The notes under the pieces were generated by a model, which saw only the letters and a list, made by a program, of their open reading frames with translations, was not told where the DNA came from and made no database searches. This document shows positions 10,448 to 19,200 of a stretch of 64,000 bases of DNA, piece by piece (position 1 is the first letter of the stretch; the number at the start of each line of letters is the position of its first letter). Origin of the DNA: an uncultured Acidobacteriota bacterium (GTDB lineage Bacteria > Acidobacteriota > Vicinamibacteria > Vicinamibacterales > 2-12-FULL-66-21); NCBI GenBank assembly GCA_963755695.1, contig CAVWLB010000010.1:1196328-1260327 (forward strand), read 5' to 3'. A program made the position numbers and the translations under genes.

Positions 10448-10846
10448 CTAGGCCTGCTCGATCGACTCGCCGCGCCAGAATTTCTCCTCAATCTCTTCGA
10501 TCTCTTCCTCGCTCATCCCGAAGTAGTGGCCGAACTCGTGGATCACGGTTTCAGCGATGCAGTCGCGAATCTCTTCCTCGTCGGCGCACGCCTCTTCGAT
10601 CGGTCGTTGATAGATCGAAATGCGATCCGGGAGGCTGTTGCCGTAGCCCCATCCGCGCTGCGTGAGCGGCGTGCCGTGATAGAGACCGAACAGCGTATCC
10701 CCCTCGTCGATCTCCATTTCCTCGAGGATGTCCGGCGATGGTTCTTCTTCCACCACGACGGCCACGTTGCGCATCGCCTTTCGAAACCGTCGCGGAATCT
10801 CACGGAGCGCTTCCTCGACCAGCACAGTGAAGGCCTCGCGCGTCAC
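10448..10846 (-). CDS. zincin-like metallopeptidase family protein (DUF1025-type)
   Basis: 132-aa acidic protein with an HExxH motif (VIHEFGHYFG). SD AGGAGG upstream of the GTG start. Confidence 0.75.
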   Translation of the reverse strand: MTREAFTVLVEEALREIPRRFRKAMRNVAVVVEEEPSPDILEEMEIDEGDTLFGLYHGTPLTQRGWGYGNSLPDRISIYQRPIEEACADEEEIRDCIAETVIHEFGHYFGMSEEEIEEIEEKFWRGESIEQA

Positions 10847-11571
10847 CGTGCCCTCCTTGGCTTCAGGCTTCGGGCTGCAGGCTTCAAGCTTCGGGTTTCA
10901 TTCTTCACACCGGCAACCTTGCGCGGACGGGTGACGACCCCAAGCACGCTTCGGTAGTAGCTGCAATCGTCGCGAACGACGCATCGATCGCAGAGCGGCT
11001 TCGGCTTGCAGATTCGGCGGCCGTGCAGGATCAGGGTATCGGAGGTCAGCGTCCAGTGCTTCGGCGGCATTGCCGCACACAGCTGTTGTTCGACGACCTC
11101 AGGATCATCGGACTTCGCGATGCCGATCCGGTTCGACACGCGGAGCACGTGACGGTCTACCGGAAGGCCTGGCACGCCGAGGGCATGACCGAGGACCACG
11201 TTCGCCGTCTTGCGGCCGACGCCGGGGAGTCCCGTGAGATCTTCCATCCGCGGCGGGATCTCTCCTCGGTACCGCTCCACGACCACCTTGGCCATTCCAA
11301 CCAGCGCCTTCGATTTCATGCGGAAGAAGCCGGTCGACTGGATCTGCGGCTCGAGTTCGTCGGTGCTGGCCGTCGCAAGCGCCCGCGGGTCGGGGTAGCG
11401 CTTGAACAGCGCCGGCGTCACCTGGTTCACCCGTTCATCAGTGCACTGCGCCGAGAGGATCGTGGCGACGAGCAACTCGTACGCGTTCGAGTAGTGCAGC
11501 TCGGTATCCGCATTCGGGTGCTGCTTGGCGAGCTTCTTGATGATCGCGCGCGTCTCGGCTCGCGAGGGCAT
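10843..11571 (-). CDS. nth: endonuclease III
   Basis: HhH-GPD (LTGLPGVGRKTANVVLG) and Fe-S cluster (CKPKPLCDRCVVRDDC). Start placed at MPSRAETRA; the ORF-track extension to 11640 reads through a repeat arm. The ~35-aa C-terminal tail is encoded by a heptamer array. Confidence 0.88.
   Translation of the reverse strand: MPSRAETRAIIKKLAKQHPNADTELHYSNAYELLVATILSAQCTDERVNQVTPALFKRYPDPRALATASTDELEPQIQSTGFFRMKSKALVGMAKVVVERYRGEIPPRMEDLTGLPGVGRKTANVVLGHALGVPGLPVDRHVLRVSNRIGIAKSDDPEVVEQQLCAAMPPKHWTLTSDTLILHGRRICKPKPLCDRCVVRDDCSYYRSVLGVVTRPRKVAGVKNETRSLKPAARSLKPRRAR
10859..10898. repeat. GGCTTCA/GGCTTCG/GGCTGCA heptamer array inside the nth 3-prime tail
   Basis: ggcttcaggcttcgggctgcaggcttcaagcttcgggtttc; translated on the minus strand as ..SLKPAARSLKP.. 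Confidence 0.75.
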
Positions 11572-11593
11572 GAGGGTATTGTAGGGGATTCTC

Positions 11594-12199
11594 ACAATCG
11601 AAGAGTCGAAGGAAGACCGAAGGGTCGAAGGAGCACCCAATGGTTATCGAAGGAGCAACCAGGCCTTATCGAAGGAGCAACCTAGCCCTATCGAAGGAGC
11701 ATCCAAGCCTTATCGAACGAGCGAAGGAGCGGAGGAGCGATAAAGGCCCCATCAGGATTCTTCAAAGTTGGAGGGCGGTTGGACTCGCGTTCGTTGGCCC
11801 GCTTCCTTTGATTCCGCCGCCGGGGATCTCTCGAGATCCGGATGCAGGACCCGACGGATACCGTGTCGAAGAATCGGCACATTGAAGTTGATGCGGAAAC
11901 CGACGGACAGGCCCGTCATCTTCAGGTACGTCTTCACCTGCGCGATGTGTACCGGCAGCACTTGCTCCACTGCCTTGATTTCGACGATGACGGTCTGCTC
12001 GACAAGCAGGTCGAGCCTGTACGAGCAGGGCAGCTGCCTGTTGCGCTCCGTCGGACCTGCAACCCTTCAGGCCTAAGATCTTCGGATTGAGAATCCCTCA
12101 GATTCGAGATCCTTCGAATCTTCGACCTTCGAGCTCCTTCGAAGAATAAAAGAGCGTTCTCCTTCGACTCCTTCGCTCTTCCTTCGAACCTTCGATTGT
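11594..12199. mobile_element. inverted-repeat-bounded intergenic element carrying a truncated GxxExxY gene
   Basis: Arms 11594-11638 and 12153-12199 are ~41/47 identical in inverted orientation (acaatcgaagagtcgaaggaagaccgaagggtcgaaggag vs the complement of ctccttcgactccttcgctcttccttcgaaccttcgattgt). Both arms are TCGAAGGA-type arrays. The element fills the whole dinB-nth spacer. Confidence 0.45.
11752..12066 (-). pseudogene. GxxExxY-family (PD-(D/E)XK-like) protein, 5-prime truncated fragment
   Basis: Encodes ..CSYRLDLLVEQTVIVEIKAVEQVLPVHIAQVKTYLKMTGLSVGFRINFNVPILRHGIRRVL. This aligns to the C-terminal half of the intact copy at 57399-57836. An in-frame TGA at 12067-12069 precedes it, and the GxxExxY motif region is missing. 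Confidence 0.7.
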
Positions 12200-13246
12200 C
12201 TAGACAGCAAACAGCGCAGGATCCCCACCTGCCCTCAACAGACCCGGGCAGGTGACGTTGACGGAGCGGACCGGGCGGTCGGGGCGGGACCTCTTCTCGA
12301 GCAACTCGCACGCAACGGCGGCCAGCGGTTCGTCGAGGGCAGAGGGTTGCGCGAGTGCGGCAGTCCGCGACTCGACGCGGCCGTCGACGTGACGGAGGCG
12401 CACGGTGACCGACCGCGCAAACATCCCGTGCGCCCGCAGTTGACGCCCGAGGTGTTCGGCCCGCGCCCGGACCAGCGCTCTCAGCACCTCCGCATCCGCA
12501 GTGGGCGTTGGCAGTTCGTAGTCATCGATCGGAGCGTGAAGGAGTGCCGTCGGTCGAACCCGCGTGAAATCGATGCCCGCCGCGTGCCGTGTGAGCGCCG
12601 CGGCGGGACGACCGGCCAGGAGAGCGAGTTGCGCCTCTGAGAATTTGGCGAGCTGGCCGAGTCGCCGTATGCCGGCAGCGCGAAGCTTCCGGCCGAGCGC
12701 CGCGTCGACACCTGGGAGCAGTTCGATCTTCAAGGGCGCGAGGAATCGGGCCTCGTATCCCTCGAGCACGTGAACGACACCACGCGGACGCGCGAGCTGA
12801 GACGCAATCCGCGCAACCACCTTGGATCGGGCCAGTCCACAGGCGGCGTCCAGCCCCATCGCCTGCAGCGCCGCCTGGATCCGCTCGATGGCGGCAATGT
12901 CGGCCGAGGCGGTGGATGCGCGCGGCATCGCCATGAACGCTTCGTCGATCGACATCCACTCGATGTCGGCGCTCTCGCGCCTGAGCACCTCGTCGACCCG
13001 CGCGGATGCCGCGAGGTAGGCATCGACTGCGCCGCCGAGAAAGATCGCCTGGGGACATCGCACCGATGCCTGCGCGAGCAGCATGCCCGGACGAACGCCT
13101 GCCCGCCGTGCTTCGCGCGAGGCCGCCGCCACGACGCCGCCGCTCCCGGGACGGCCGCCAATCACCACCGCCTGACCGATCAGGTCCGGTCTGCGCGCAC
13201 GCTCAACCGCAATGAAAAACGATCCAAGATCGACGTGGGCAATCAT
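12200..13246 (-). CDS. dinB: Y-family DNA polymerase (DNA polymerase IV-like)
   Basis: 348-aa ORF with an N-terminus typical of DinB (IAHVDLGSFFIAVERARRPDL..VVIGG..GVVAAASREARRAGVRPGM). Confidence 0.85.
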   Translation of the reverse strand: MIAHVDLGSFFIAVERARRPDLIGQAVVIGGRPGSGGVVAAASREARRAGVRPGMLLAQASVRCPQAIFLGGAVDAYLAASARVDEVLRRESADIEWMSIDEAFMAMPRASTASADIAAIERIQAALQAMGLDAACGLARSKVVARIASQLARPRGVVHVLEGYEARFLAPLKIELLPGVDAALGRKLRAAGIRRLGQLAKFSEAQLALLAGRPAAALTRHAAGIDFTRVRPTALLHAPIDDYELPTPTADAEVLRALVRARAEHLGRQLRAHGMFARSVTVRLRHVDGRVESRTAALAQPSALDEPLAAVACELLEKRSRPDRPVRSVNVTCPGLLRAGGDPALFAV

Positions 13247-13285
13247 GGCGCCTTCCGGCAGCCGTTTCCGTTCGGCGTCCTCCGG

Positions 13286-13603
13286 CTAATGCACCGGGCC
13301 CTTGTCCCAGCCAGGCGGCGTCCCGGTCGACTCGGTGAACACCCGCACGTGTTCCTGCAGGGCGGCGATCAGGTTGGGCACGACCTGGAGCGGCAGGACA
13401 ATGCGTACGCGGACGGGGGCTTTGATGGTGTGCTCCTGCTCGGCGGCCTCGATGTCTCTCTGCGAGAGCGGCTGCACTTCGCAGAACGACAGCGTGAAAT
13501 CGAACGGCGTGTGCGAAATTGCGCAGAAGTTCGCGTACGTCCGCGGCGAGTCGCCGGTCTCGTCGGGAACGATGGTGAAATTGATCTGTTTGCGTTCGTT
13601 CAT
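13286..13603 (-). CDS. DUF3467-like small protein
   Basis: 105-aa ORF (..YANFCAISHTPFDFTLSF..) matching my memory of DUF3467. Sits 16 nt after lexA and 39 nt before dinB. Confidence 0.7.
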   Translation of the reverse strand: MNERKQINFTIVPDETGDSPRTYANFCAISHTPFDFTLSFCEVQPLSQRDIEAAEQEHTIKAPVRVRIVLPLQVVPNLIAALQEHVRVFTESTGTPPGWDKGPVH

Positions 13604-13619
13604 GCCCCAGTATGCGCGA

Positions 13620-14225
13620 TCAATACCGGCGCATGACGCCGATCACCACCCCCTGCACTTGCACCTGCTCCGAGGGGACGATGATCGGCTGCATCGCAGG
13701 ATTGGCCGGCTGGAGGCGGATGTTCCCCTGTTCGCGATACAGCTTCTTCAACGTGACGTCGGCGCCGTTCAGCAACGCGATGACCATTTCCCCGTTTTCC
13801 GCCGTCCGGCGATCTTCGACGATGACGTAGTCGCCGTCCCGAATCTGCTCGTCGATCATCGAGTCGCCCTTGACGCGCAGCACATAGGTATCGCGCTTGC
13901 CGACGAGGTCTTCCGGCACCGCAATGGTTTCGCTGCCAACGACGGCTTCGATTGGAACGCCGGCGGCGACGTACCCGAGCAGCGGCAGTTCGACGGCCCG
14001 GCCCCCGAGCCGCGACGAGACGAGCTCGACCGAACGACTGCGATTCCACGCGCGCTTGATGAATCCTTTTTCCTGAAGATTGGTCAGGTGCTTGTGGACG
14101 GTCGCGAGCGATGACAGGCCGAAGCGACGGCCGATTTCCTCCAGGCTTGGCGCATAGCCATGTTGCTGAATGAAATCGTTGAGGTAGTCGAGAATCTCCC
14201 GCTGGCGTTTCGTCAGTGGCAGCAT
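13620..14225 (-). CDS. lexA: LexA repressor
   Basis: wHTH N-terminus (LTKRQREILDYL..HGYAPSLEEIG) plus S24 peptidase domain (LRVKGDSMIDEQIRDGDYVIV). Confidence 0.93.
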   Translation of the reverse strand: MLPLTKRQREILDYLNDFIQQHGYAPSLEEIGRRFGLSSLATVHKHLTNLQEKGFIKRAWNRSRSVELVSSRLGGRAVELPLLGYVAAGVPIEAVVGSETIAVPEDLVGKRDTYVLRVKGDSMIDEQIRDGDYVIVEDRRTAENGEMVIALLNGADVTLKKLYREQGNIRLQPANPAMQPIIVPSEQVQVQGVVIGVMRRY

Positions 14226-14233
14226 GGCGCCGC

Positions 14234-14239
14234 ACTATA
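14234..14239 (-). promoter_or_regulatory. -10 box TATAGT 8 nt upstream of the lexA ATG (leaderless-type)
   Basis: Minus strand reads ttgcaTATAGTgcggcgccATG; no SD. Confidence 0.4.
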
Positions 14240-14314
14240 TGCAAAAGAAAAGCGAAAGTCAATGGCCCTTCCGTTTAACCTTCGCCCCGCAGTAACGGTC
14301 TAACGACGTGAGGC

Positions 14315-14902
14315 ATGCTGACCAACGTGTGGCCGCGGATTACCGACAGCCCCGGCAAGCTCGTGGTGACCAATCCCACTGATGCCGAGCTGGTCGAGGC
14401 GTGTCTCGCCGGCCGGCGCGACGCCTTCGACACCATCGTCGAACGGCATCGCCGTCAGGTCTACCAGCTCTGTTACCGGTTCGTCGGCAATCACGAAGAT
14501 GCCAGCGATCTCGCCCAGGATGTCTTCGTCCGCGCGTATCGAGGCCTGCATCGCTTCAAGGGGCATGCGTCGCTTGCCACCTGGTTGTATCGGATCAGCG
14601 TCAACGTCTCTCTGAACCGGGTCTCGGCCCGGCGACCCATCACGTCGCCGATCACAGAGCATCGGCTGATAAGCGCCGCCGACAGTCCGGCCGATCTGGT
14701 GTTGCGCGAAGAGCGCGCCGAGCAGGTGCGCGCCGCAATCGCGCGGCTGCCGAAGAAACAGCGCGCAACGTTGATCCTGCGCATGTATCACGAGCTGCCA
14801 CACGATCAAATCGCGAGCGTGCTCGGCAGCTCGGTTGGCGCGGTGAAGGCCAACTTCTTTCATGCACTCAACAATCTGAAGAAACTGCTGGGCACCATAT
14901 GA
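14315..14902 (+). CDS. ECF-type RNA polymerase sigma factor
   Basis: Region 2 (DASDLAQDVFVRAYRGL, ATWLYRISVN) and region 4 (SSVGAVKANFFHALNNLK). Confidence 0.9.
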   Translation: MLTNVWPRITDSPGKLVVTNPTDAELVEACLAGRRDAFDTIVERHRRQVYQLCYRFVGNHEDASDLAQDVFVRAYRGLHRFKGHASLATWLYRISVNVSLNRVSARRPITSPITEHRLISAADSPADLVLREERAEQVRAAIARLPKKQRATLILRMYHELPHDQIASVLGSSVGAVKANFFHALNNLKKLLGTI

Positions 14903-15465
14903 GTCACCTGTCGCCTTCGGCATTCGTGGACCTGCTGGACCAGGCGCTCGATCCGGCTCACGCGGCCCATCTGGAGCGGTGCGATGCGTGCCGCACCCAG
15001 GCGAATGCGCTGCAGTCGACGCTGAAGGAGGCGCGCAGCGATGGGATGCTCGAGCCGTCGCCGCTGTTCTGGGATCATTTCCAGAAACGCGTGCAGCAGG
15101 CGATTGCTGCCGAGCCCTCGCCGCGCCGCTCGTGGCATCTCCTTCGGCCCATGCCGGCGCTCGTCACCGTGATGGTGATTGCAGTCGCCATCGCAACGAT
15201 TACGCTCTATCCTCGTCGCGCGCACGACGGGCCCGCGGACGTTGCGCCACCGGCCGCAGTCGTTCCCGCGGTCGACCCGGCGGACGATCCGGCGTGGATG
15301 CTCCTGCGCGACGTGGCCGCTGATATGGCCATCGAAGACGCGCCCGACGCCGGCATGATGCTGCGCCCGGGCGAGACTGAAAACGCTGTCCTGCAATTGA
15401 CGCCGGACGAGCGCACTGAGCTGCGACGGCTGCTGCAGGACGCGCTCAAGCGGGCAGGCGCCTGA
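14899..15465 (+). CDS. putative anti-sigma factor (zf-HC2-like, single TM)
   Basis: ATGA overlap with the sigma stop. HLERCDACRTQ motif and TM segment PALVTVMVIAVAIATITLY. Lies inside the longer 14401..15465 ORF frame. Confidence 0.6.
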   Translation: MSHLSPSAFVDLLDQALDPAHAAHLERCDACRTQANALQSTLKEARSDGMLEPSPLFWDHFQKRVQQAIAAEPSPRRSWHLLRPMPALVTVMVIAVAIATITLYPRRAHDGPADVAPPAAVVPAVDPADDPAWMLLRDVAADMAIEDAPDAGMMLRPGETENAVLQLTPDERTELRRLLQDALKRAGA

Positions 15466-15476
15466 GGATTCAACCC

Positions 15477-16007
15477 GTGCGCGCTCAATTCGTGCTGATT
15501 GCGCTCCTTGTCTTCAGCGGCCGAGTAGCTGCCCGGCAGCAGGCCGCGCCGACACCGGAACCCGCTCCTCCGGCCGCGGACGCGCAAGGCGTTTCTGCAG
15601 GTGAAATACAGCGGTTGTACGACGCCTACGCGCTGGTGCAGGCGCAGGAGGCGTTGCAGCTGACCGACGATCGCTACGTCCGCTTCGTCGCACGCCTGAA
15701 GGCTCTCCAGGAAACCCGGCGGCGCCACGTCATCGCTCGCAACCGGATTCTCCAGGACCTCCGGCGGCTGTCGAACCCGCAGGCGCCCGTTGACGAAGCG
15801 GCCATGCGCGATCGACTCAAGGCGCTTCGCGACGAGGACGACCGCGGCGCGGCCGAGGTCCAAAAGGCGTACGATGCCGTCGACGAGCTGCTGGATGTCC
15901 GGCAGCAGGTGAAGTTCCGCCTGTTCGAGGAGCAGATGGATCGGAAGCGCCTGGATCTCCTCATGCGCGCCCGTCAGAACGCGCGAGGGCGGAGAGGGGG
16001 AAGTTGA
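15477..16007 (+). CDS. hypothetical periplasmic helical protein
   Basis: 176-aa ORF with a signal peptide (MRAQFVLIALLVFSGRVAA) and charged helical repeats. Directly follows the sigma/anti-sigma pair. Confidence 0.5.
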   Translation: MRAQFVLIALLVFSGRVAARQQAAPTPEPAPPAADAQGVSAGEIQRLYDAYALVQAQEALQLTDDRYVRFVARLKALQETRRRHVIARNRILQDLRRLSNPQAPVDEAAMRDRLKALRDEDDRGAAEVQKAYDAVDELLDVRQQVKFRLFEEQMDRKRLDLLMRARQNARGRRGGS

Positions 16008-16009
16008 AA

Positions 16010-16072
16010 GGCTTCGGGCTTCGGGCTTCGGGCTCCGGGCTCCGGGCTCCAGGAGCCTGAAGCCTGAAGCCC
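16010..16072. repeat. heptamer arrays GGCTTCG x3, GGCTCCG x3 followed by the complementary GAAGCCT units
   Basis: ggcttcgggcttcgggcttcgggctccgggctccgggctccaggagcctgaagcctgaagccc; starts 3 nt after the stop at 16007. Confidence 0.85.
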
Positions 16073-16099
16073 CTCCTCCTGCTAGAATGGATCTGCCAG

Positions 16100-16732
16100 T
16101 TGCCGCCGGGCTTCACGTTCATGCAGGTTCAGAATCACAACACTCTTCGCGGATTCGCAGTCCTCGCCGGCTTCTGTTTCTCCGTGTCGCTTGCGGCTCA
16201 GGCGACGCCCACGAAACAGGACGCCGCGCGATTTGAAACCAAGCTTGCCCAGATCGCTCAGCAGGGGACTGTGGCGCATCCGCCGCGGGCATCGCGCACG
16301 ACACAGGTGACCGACGCAGAGGTCAACGCCTACCTGAAATACTCCGCGAGCGGCGTCCCTGTGGGCATCGTCGATCCCACGCTCTCCGCGCTCGGGAACG
16401 GGCGGGTCGGCGGCCGCGCCATCGTCGATCTCGATGCGGTACGGAAGCAGAAGAAGCGCGGGTGGGGCGACCCGCTCGGTTATCTGACGGGACGATTGCC
16501 CGTCACCGCCGCCGGGACGCTCACCACGCAGAACGGGACGGGCAAGTTTCAACTCGAAAGTGCCGAGATCTCCGGCGTGACGATCCCGAAGGCGCTGCTG
16601 CAGGAGCTCCTCAGTTACTACTCGAAGACCCCGGAGAACCCCGCGGGCATCAACATGGACGATCCGTTCGCTCTGCCGTCCGCAATCCGCGAAATCAAAG
16701 TCGGGCAGGGAACCGCGACGATCGTCCAGTAG
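16100..16732 (+). CDS. hypothetical exported protein
   Basis: 210-aa ORF with a signal-like FAVLAGFCFSVSLAAQA. The start may be the internal ATG (MQVQNH). Confidence 0.5.
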   Translation: MPPGFTFMQVQNHNTLRGFAVLAGFCFSVSLAAQATPTKQDAARFETKLAQIAQQGTVAHPPRASRTTQVTDAEVNAYLKYSASGVPVGIVDPTLSALGNGRVGGRAIVDLDAVRKQKKRGWGDPLGYLTGRLPVTAAGTLTTQNGTGKFQLESAEISGVTIPKALLQELLSYYSKTPENPAGINMDDPFALPSAIREIKVGQGTATIVQ

Positions 16733-16740
16733 TGTCCCGG

Positions 16741-16810
16741 TTCAATGTTCATGTTCACTGTTCAATGCCGAACGCTTGAGAACTGGAACATTCAGCGTTG
16801 AGCATTGAGC
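16741..16810. repeat. inverted TTCAATG/TTCACTG-type arrays
   Basis: ttcaatgttcatgttcactgttcaatg .. gaacattcagcgttgagcattgag (imperfect complement). Confidence 0.6.
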
Positions 16811-18966
16811 GGTCGAGCATGATGATGGATCCCCTCCAAGGTTCTCTGCAGTACCTGAAAGGTGTCGGACCGAGACGCGCGGCTGATCTGCAGCGGGTCG
16901 GCCTCTCGACGATCGAGGATCTTCTCTATCGCTTTCCCACGCGATACGAAGACCGGGGTCATTTCCAGACCATTGCTTCGCTGAAACCAGGCGTGGCGGC
17001 CTCGATTGCGGGTGAAGTCCTGAGCTGCGGCGTGCGCCCGACTCGCCGGCCACGGTTCAAGATTTTCGAAATGCTCGTCCGCGATCGGACCGGCAGCCTG
17101 CGCGCGATCTGGTTCAACCAGCCGTTCCTCAACGACATCTTCCGCCCGCACCAGCGGGTCATTCTGTTCGGCAAGCTGGAGCTGACGTCGCACGGCTTGC
17201 AGATGCAGGGCCCCCAGTACAAACTGCTCGAAGCAGTCGAAGGGGACGAAGGAATCGAAGGAGCGGCCGAAGGAATCGAGAGCGCGGCCGATTCGGATCG
17301 GTCGACGGTTCACACCGGCCGTATCGTTCCCATTTACGAGAAGACCGGGCAGCTCACGGCGAAGATGCAGCGCACGCTCGTGCATCATGCGCTGGAGCAG
17401 TTGCCGCCCGAGCTTCCGGATCCGCTTCCGCCGGACGTGCGGAACCGGCAACAGCTGATCGACCGGCGAGCCGCGCTCGACGCGGTGCACTTTCCGCCGG
17501 CCGACGCCTCGCTCGGTGAGCTCAACGCGTTTCGTTCACCCGCGCACCGGCGGCTCATCTTCGAGGAGTTCTTCCTCTTTCAGCTCGGCATCGTGCAACG
17601 GCGGCGACGGGCGGACTCGGAACGCAAGGCCCGCGCGGTCGTGGTCACCGACACCACCCGCGAGGCGGTGCGCAAGATCCTGCCGTTCCGGCTGACCAAC
17701 GATCAGAAGACGGTCATTCGCGAGATCGTGCGCGACATGGAACGGCCGCAGCCGATGAACCGGCTGCTGCAGGGAGACGTCGGCTCCGGCAAGACGATCG
17801 TGGCGTTGATGGCGGCGCTGGTCGCGATGGAGAACGGCCTGCAGGTTGCCTTCATGGCGCCGACCGAAATCCTGGCCGAGCAGCACTTCTTCAACGTCCG
17901 CCGGCTGCTCGAACAGTCGCGGTTCCGATTGACGCTGTTGACCGGCGGCACGCCCGCACGGAAGCGACGGGAACTCCTCGCGGAGCTCGCCGGCGGTTCC
18001 ATGCACATGGTCATCGGCACGCACGCACTCGTGCAGGAGGACGTGGCGTTTCGCGAGCTCGGCCTGGCGATCATCGACGAGCAGCATCGGTTCGGGGTCC
18101 TGCAGCGCGCGACGCTGCGCGCCAAGGGACTGCACCCCGACGTCCTGGTCATGACCGCGACCCCCATCCCGCGCACGCTGGCGTTGACCACCTACGGCGA
18201 TCTCGACGTATCGACCATGCGGGAGATGCCACCGGGCCGGCAGCCGATCGCCACGACGGTGCGTCCGGAGTCACGGCGCGACGAGATCTACCAGTTCGTC
18301 CGTGAGCAGATCGACGCGGGTCGCCAGGGCTACATCATCTATCCGCTGGTCGAGGAGTCGGCGAAGGTCGATCTCAAGGCCGCGACCGAGATGGCCGACC
18401 ATCTGTCACAGGATGTGTTTCCGCAATATCGGGTCGCGCTGCTCCACGGCCGGATGAAGCAGGACGCCAAGGATCGGGTGATGGGCGCGTTCGCGCGCAA
18501 CGAGTTTCAGATTCTCGTGTCGACGACGGTGGTGGAGGTGGGTGTCGACGTTCCGAACGCCACGGTGATGGTCGTCGAACATGCCGAGCGATTCGGCCTG
18601 TCGCAGCTCCATCAGCTGCGCGGACGCGTCGGCCGCGGCCCGCACAAGTCGCACTGCGTGCTCCTCTATCAATACCCAATCACCGACGAGGGCAAGGCGC
18701 GGCTCAAGGCACTGGCCGAGACAACCGATGGTTTCGAGATCGCGGAACGCGATCTGAACCTGCGCGGGCCCGGGGATTTCTTCGGCACCCGTCAGTCGGG
18801 GATGCCGACGCTTCGCGTCGGCGACCTGCTGCGCGATCATGCCTTGATGGAAGAAGCGAGGCGCGAAGCCGTTGCCGCGCTCGACGATCCGTCGCAGGCC
18901 GCGGCGCTCACCTCGCTCATCGATACGAGCTGGGAACATCGGTTCGGCCTGGTGGGAATAGGGTAG
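16798..18966 (+). CDS. recG: ATP-dependent DNA helicase RecG
   Basis: Walker A GDVGSGKT and DEQH box (IIDEQHRFGV); helicase C-terminus. The likely start is ATG 16819 (MMMDPLQG). Confidence 0.93.
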   Translation: MSIERSSMMMDPLQGSLQYLKGVGPRRAADLQRVGLSTIEDLLYRFPTRYEDRGHFQTIASLKPGVAASIAGEVLSCGVRPTRRPRFKIFEMLVRDRTGSLRAIWFNQPFLNDIFRPHQRVILFGKLELTSHGLQMQGPQYKLLEAVEGDEGIEGAAEGIESAADSDRSTVHTGRIVPIYEKTGQLTAKMQRTLVHHALEQLPPELPDPLPPDVRNRQQLIDRRAALDAVHFPPADASLGELNAFRSPAHRRLIFEEFFLFQLGIVQRRRRADSERKARAVVVTDTTREAVRKILPFRLTNDQKTVIREIVRDMERPQPMNRLLQGDVGSGKTIVALMAALVAMENGLQVAFMAPTEILAEQHFFNVRRLLEQSRFRLTLLTGGTPARKRRELLAELAGGSMHMVIGTHALVQEDVAFRELGLAIIDEQHRFGVLQRATLRAKGLHPDVLVMTATPIPRTLALTTYGDLDVSTMREMPPGRQPIATTVRPESRRDEIYQFVREQIDAGRQGYIIYPLVEESAKVDLKAATEMADHLSQDVFPQYRVALLHGRMKQDAKDRVMGAFARNEFQILVSTTVVEVGVDVPNATVMVVEHAERFGLSQLHQLRGRVGRGPHKSHCVLLYQYPITDEGKARLKALAETTDGFEIAERDLNLRGPGDFFGTRQSGMPTLRVGDLLRDHALMEEARREAVAALDDPSQAAALTSLIDTSWEHRFGLVGIG

Positions 18967-19135
18967 GCGTCGAATCGAGGCCCGAGGTCCGAGGCCCGAG
19001 GTCCGAGGCCCGAGGTCCGAGGCCCGAGGTCCGAGGTCGATCCGAGGTCCGAGGCTCGAGATCCGAGATCCGAGGTCCGAGATCTGAGGTCCGAGGCTCG
19101 AGATCCGAGATCCGGGATCCGAGGTCCGAAAAGCA
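18967..19135. repeat. tandem heptamer array CCGAGGT/CCGAGGC/CCGAGAT, ~23 units, direct only
   Basis: ccgaggtccgaggcccgaggtccgaggc... begins 1 nt after the recG stop. Confidence 0.9.
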
Positions 19136-19200
19136 AGGTGCGATCGGTGCCTTCGATGACGTGGACGGCGGATAGGAGATACTGGATCGGGGACTGACGA

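Noticed and set aside
14226-14314. Search for a LexA operator upstream of lexA (E. coli CTGT-N8-ACAG, GTTC-N7-GTTC, Gram-positive GAAC-N4-GTTC types)
   Set aside because: I found no convincing match or strong palindrome. Only the weak GCA..TGC symmetry in gcactatatgc is present, so no operator is reported.
18967-19135. Tandem arrays considered as CRISPR arrays
   Set aside because: The units are 7-8 nt and contiguous. There are no 25-40 nt repeats separated by unique spacers, and no cas genes in the window.
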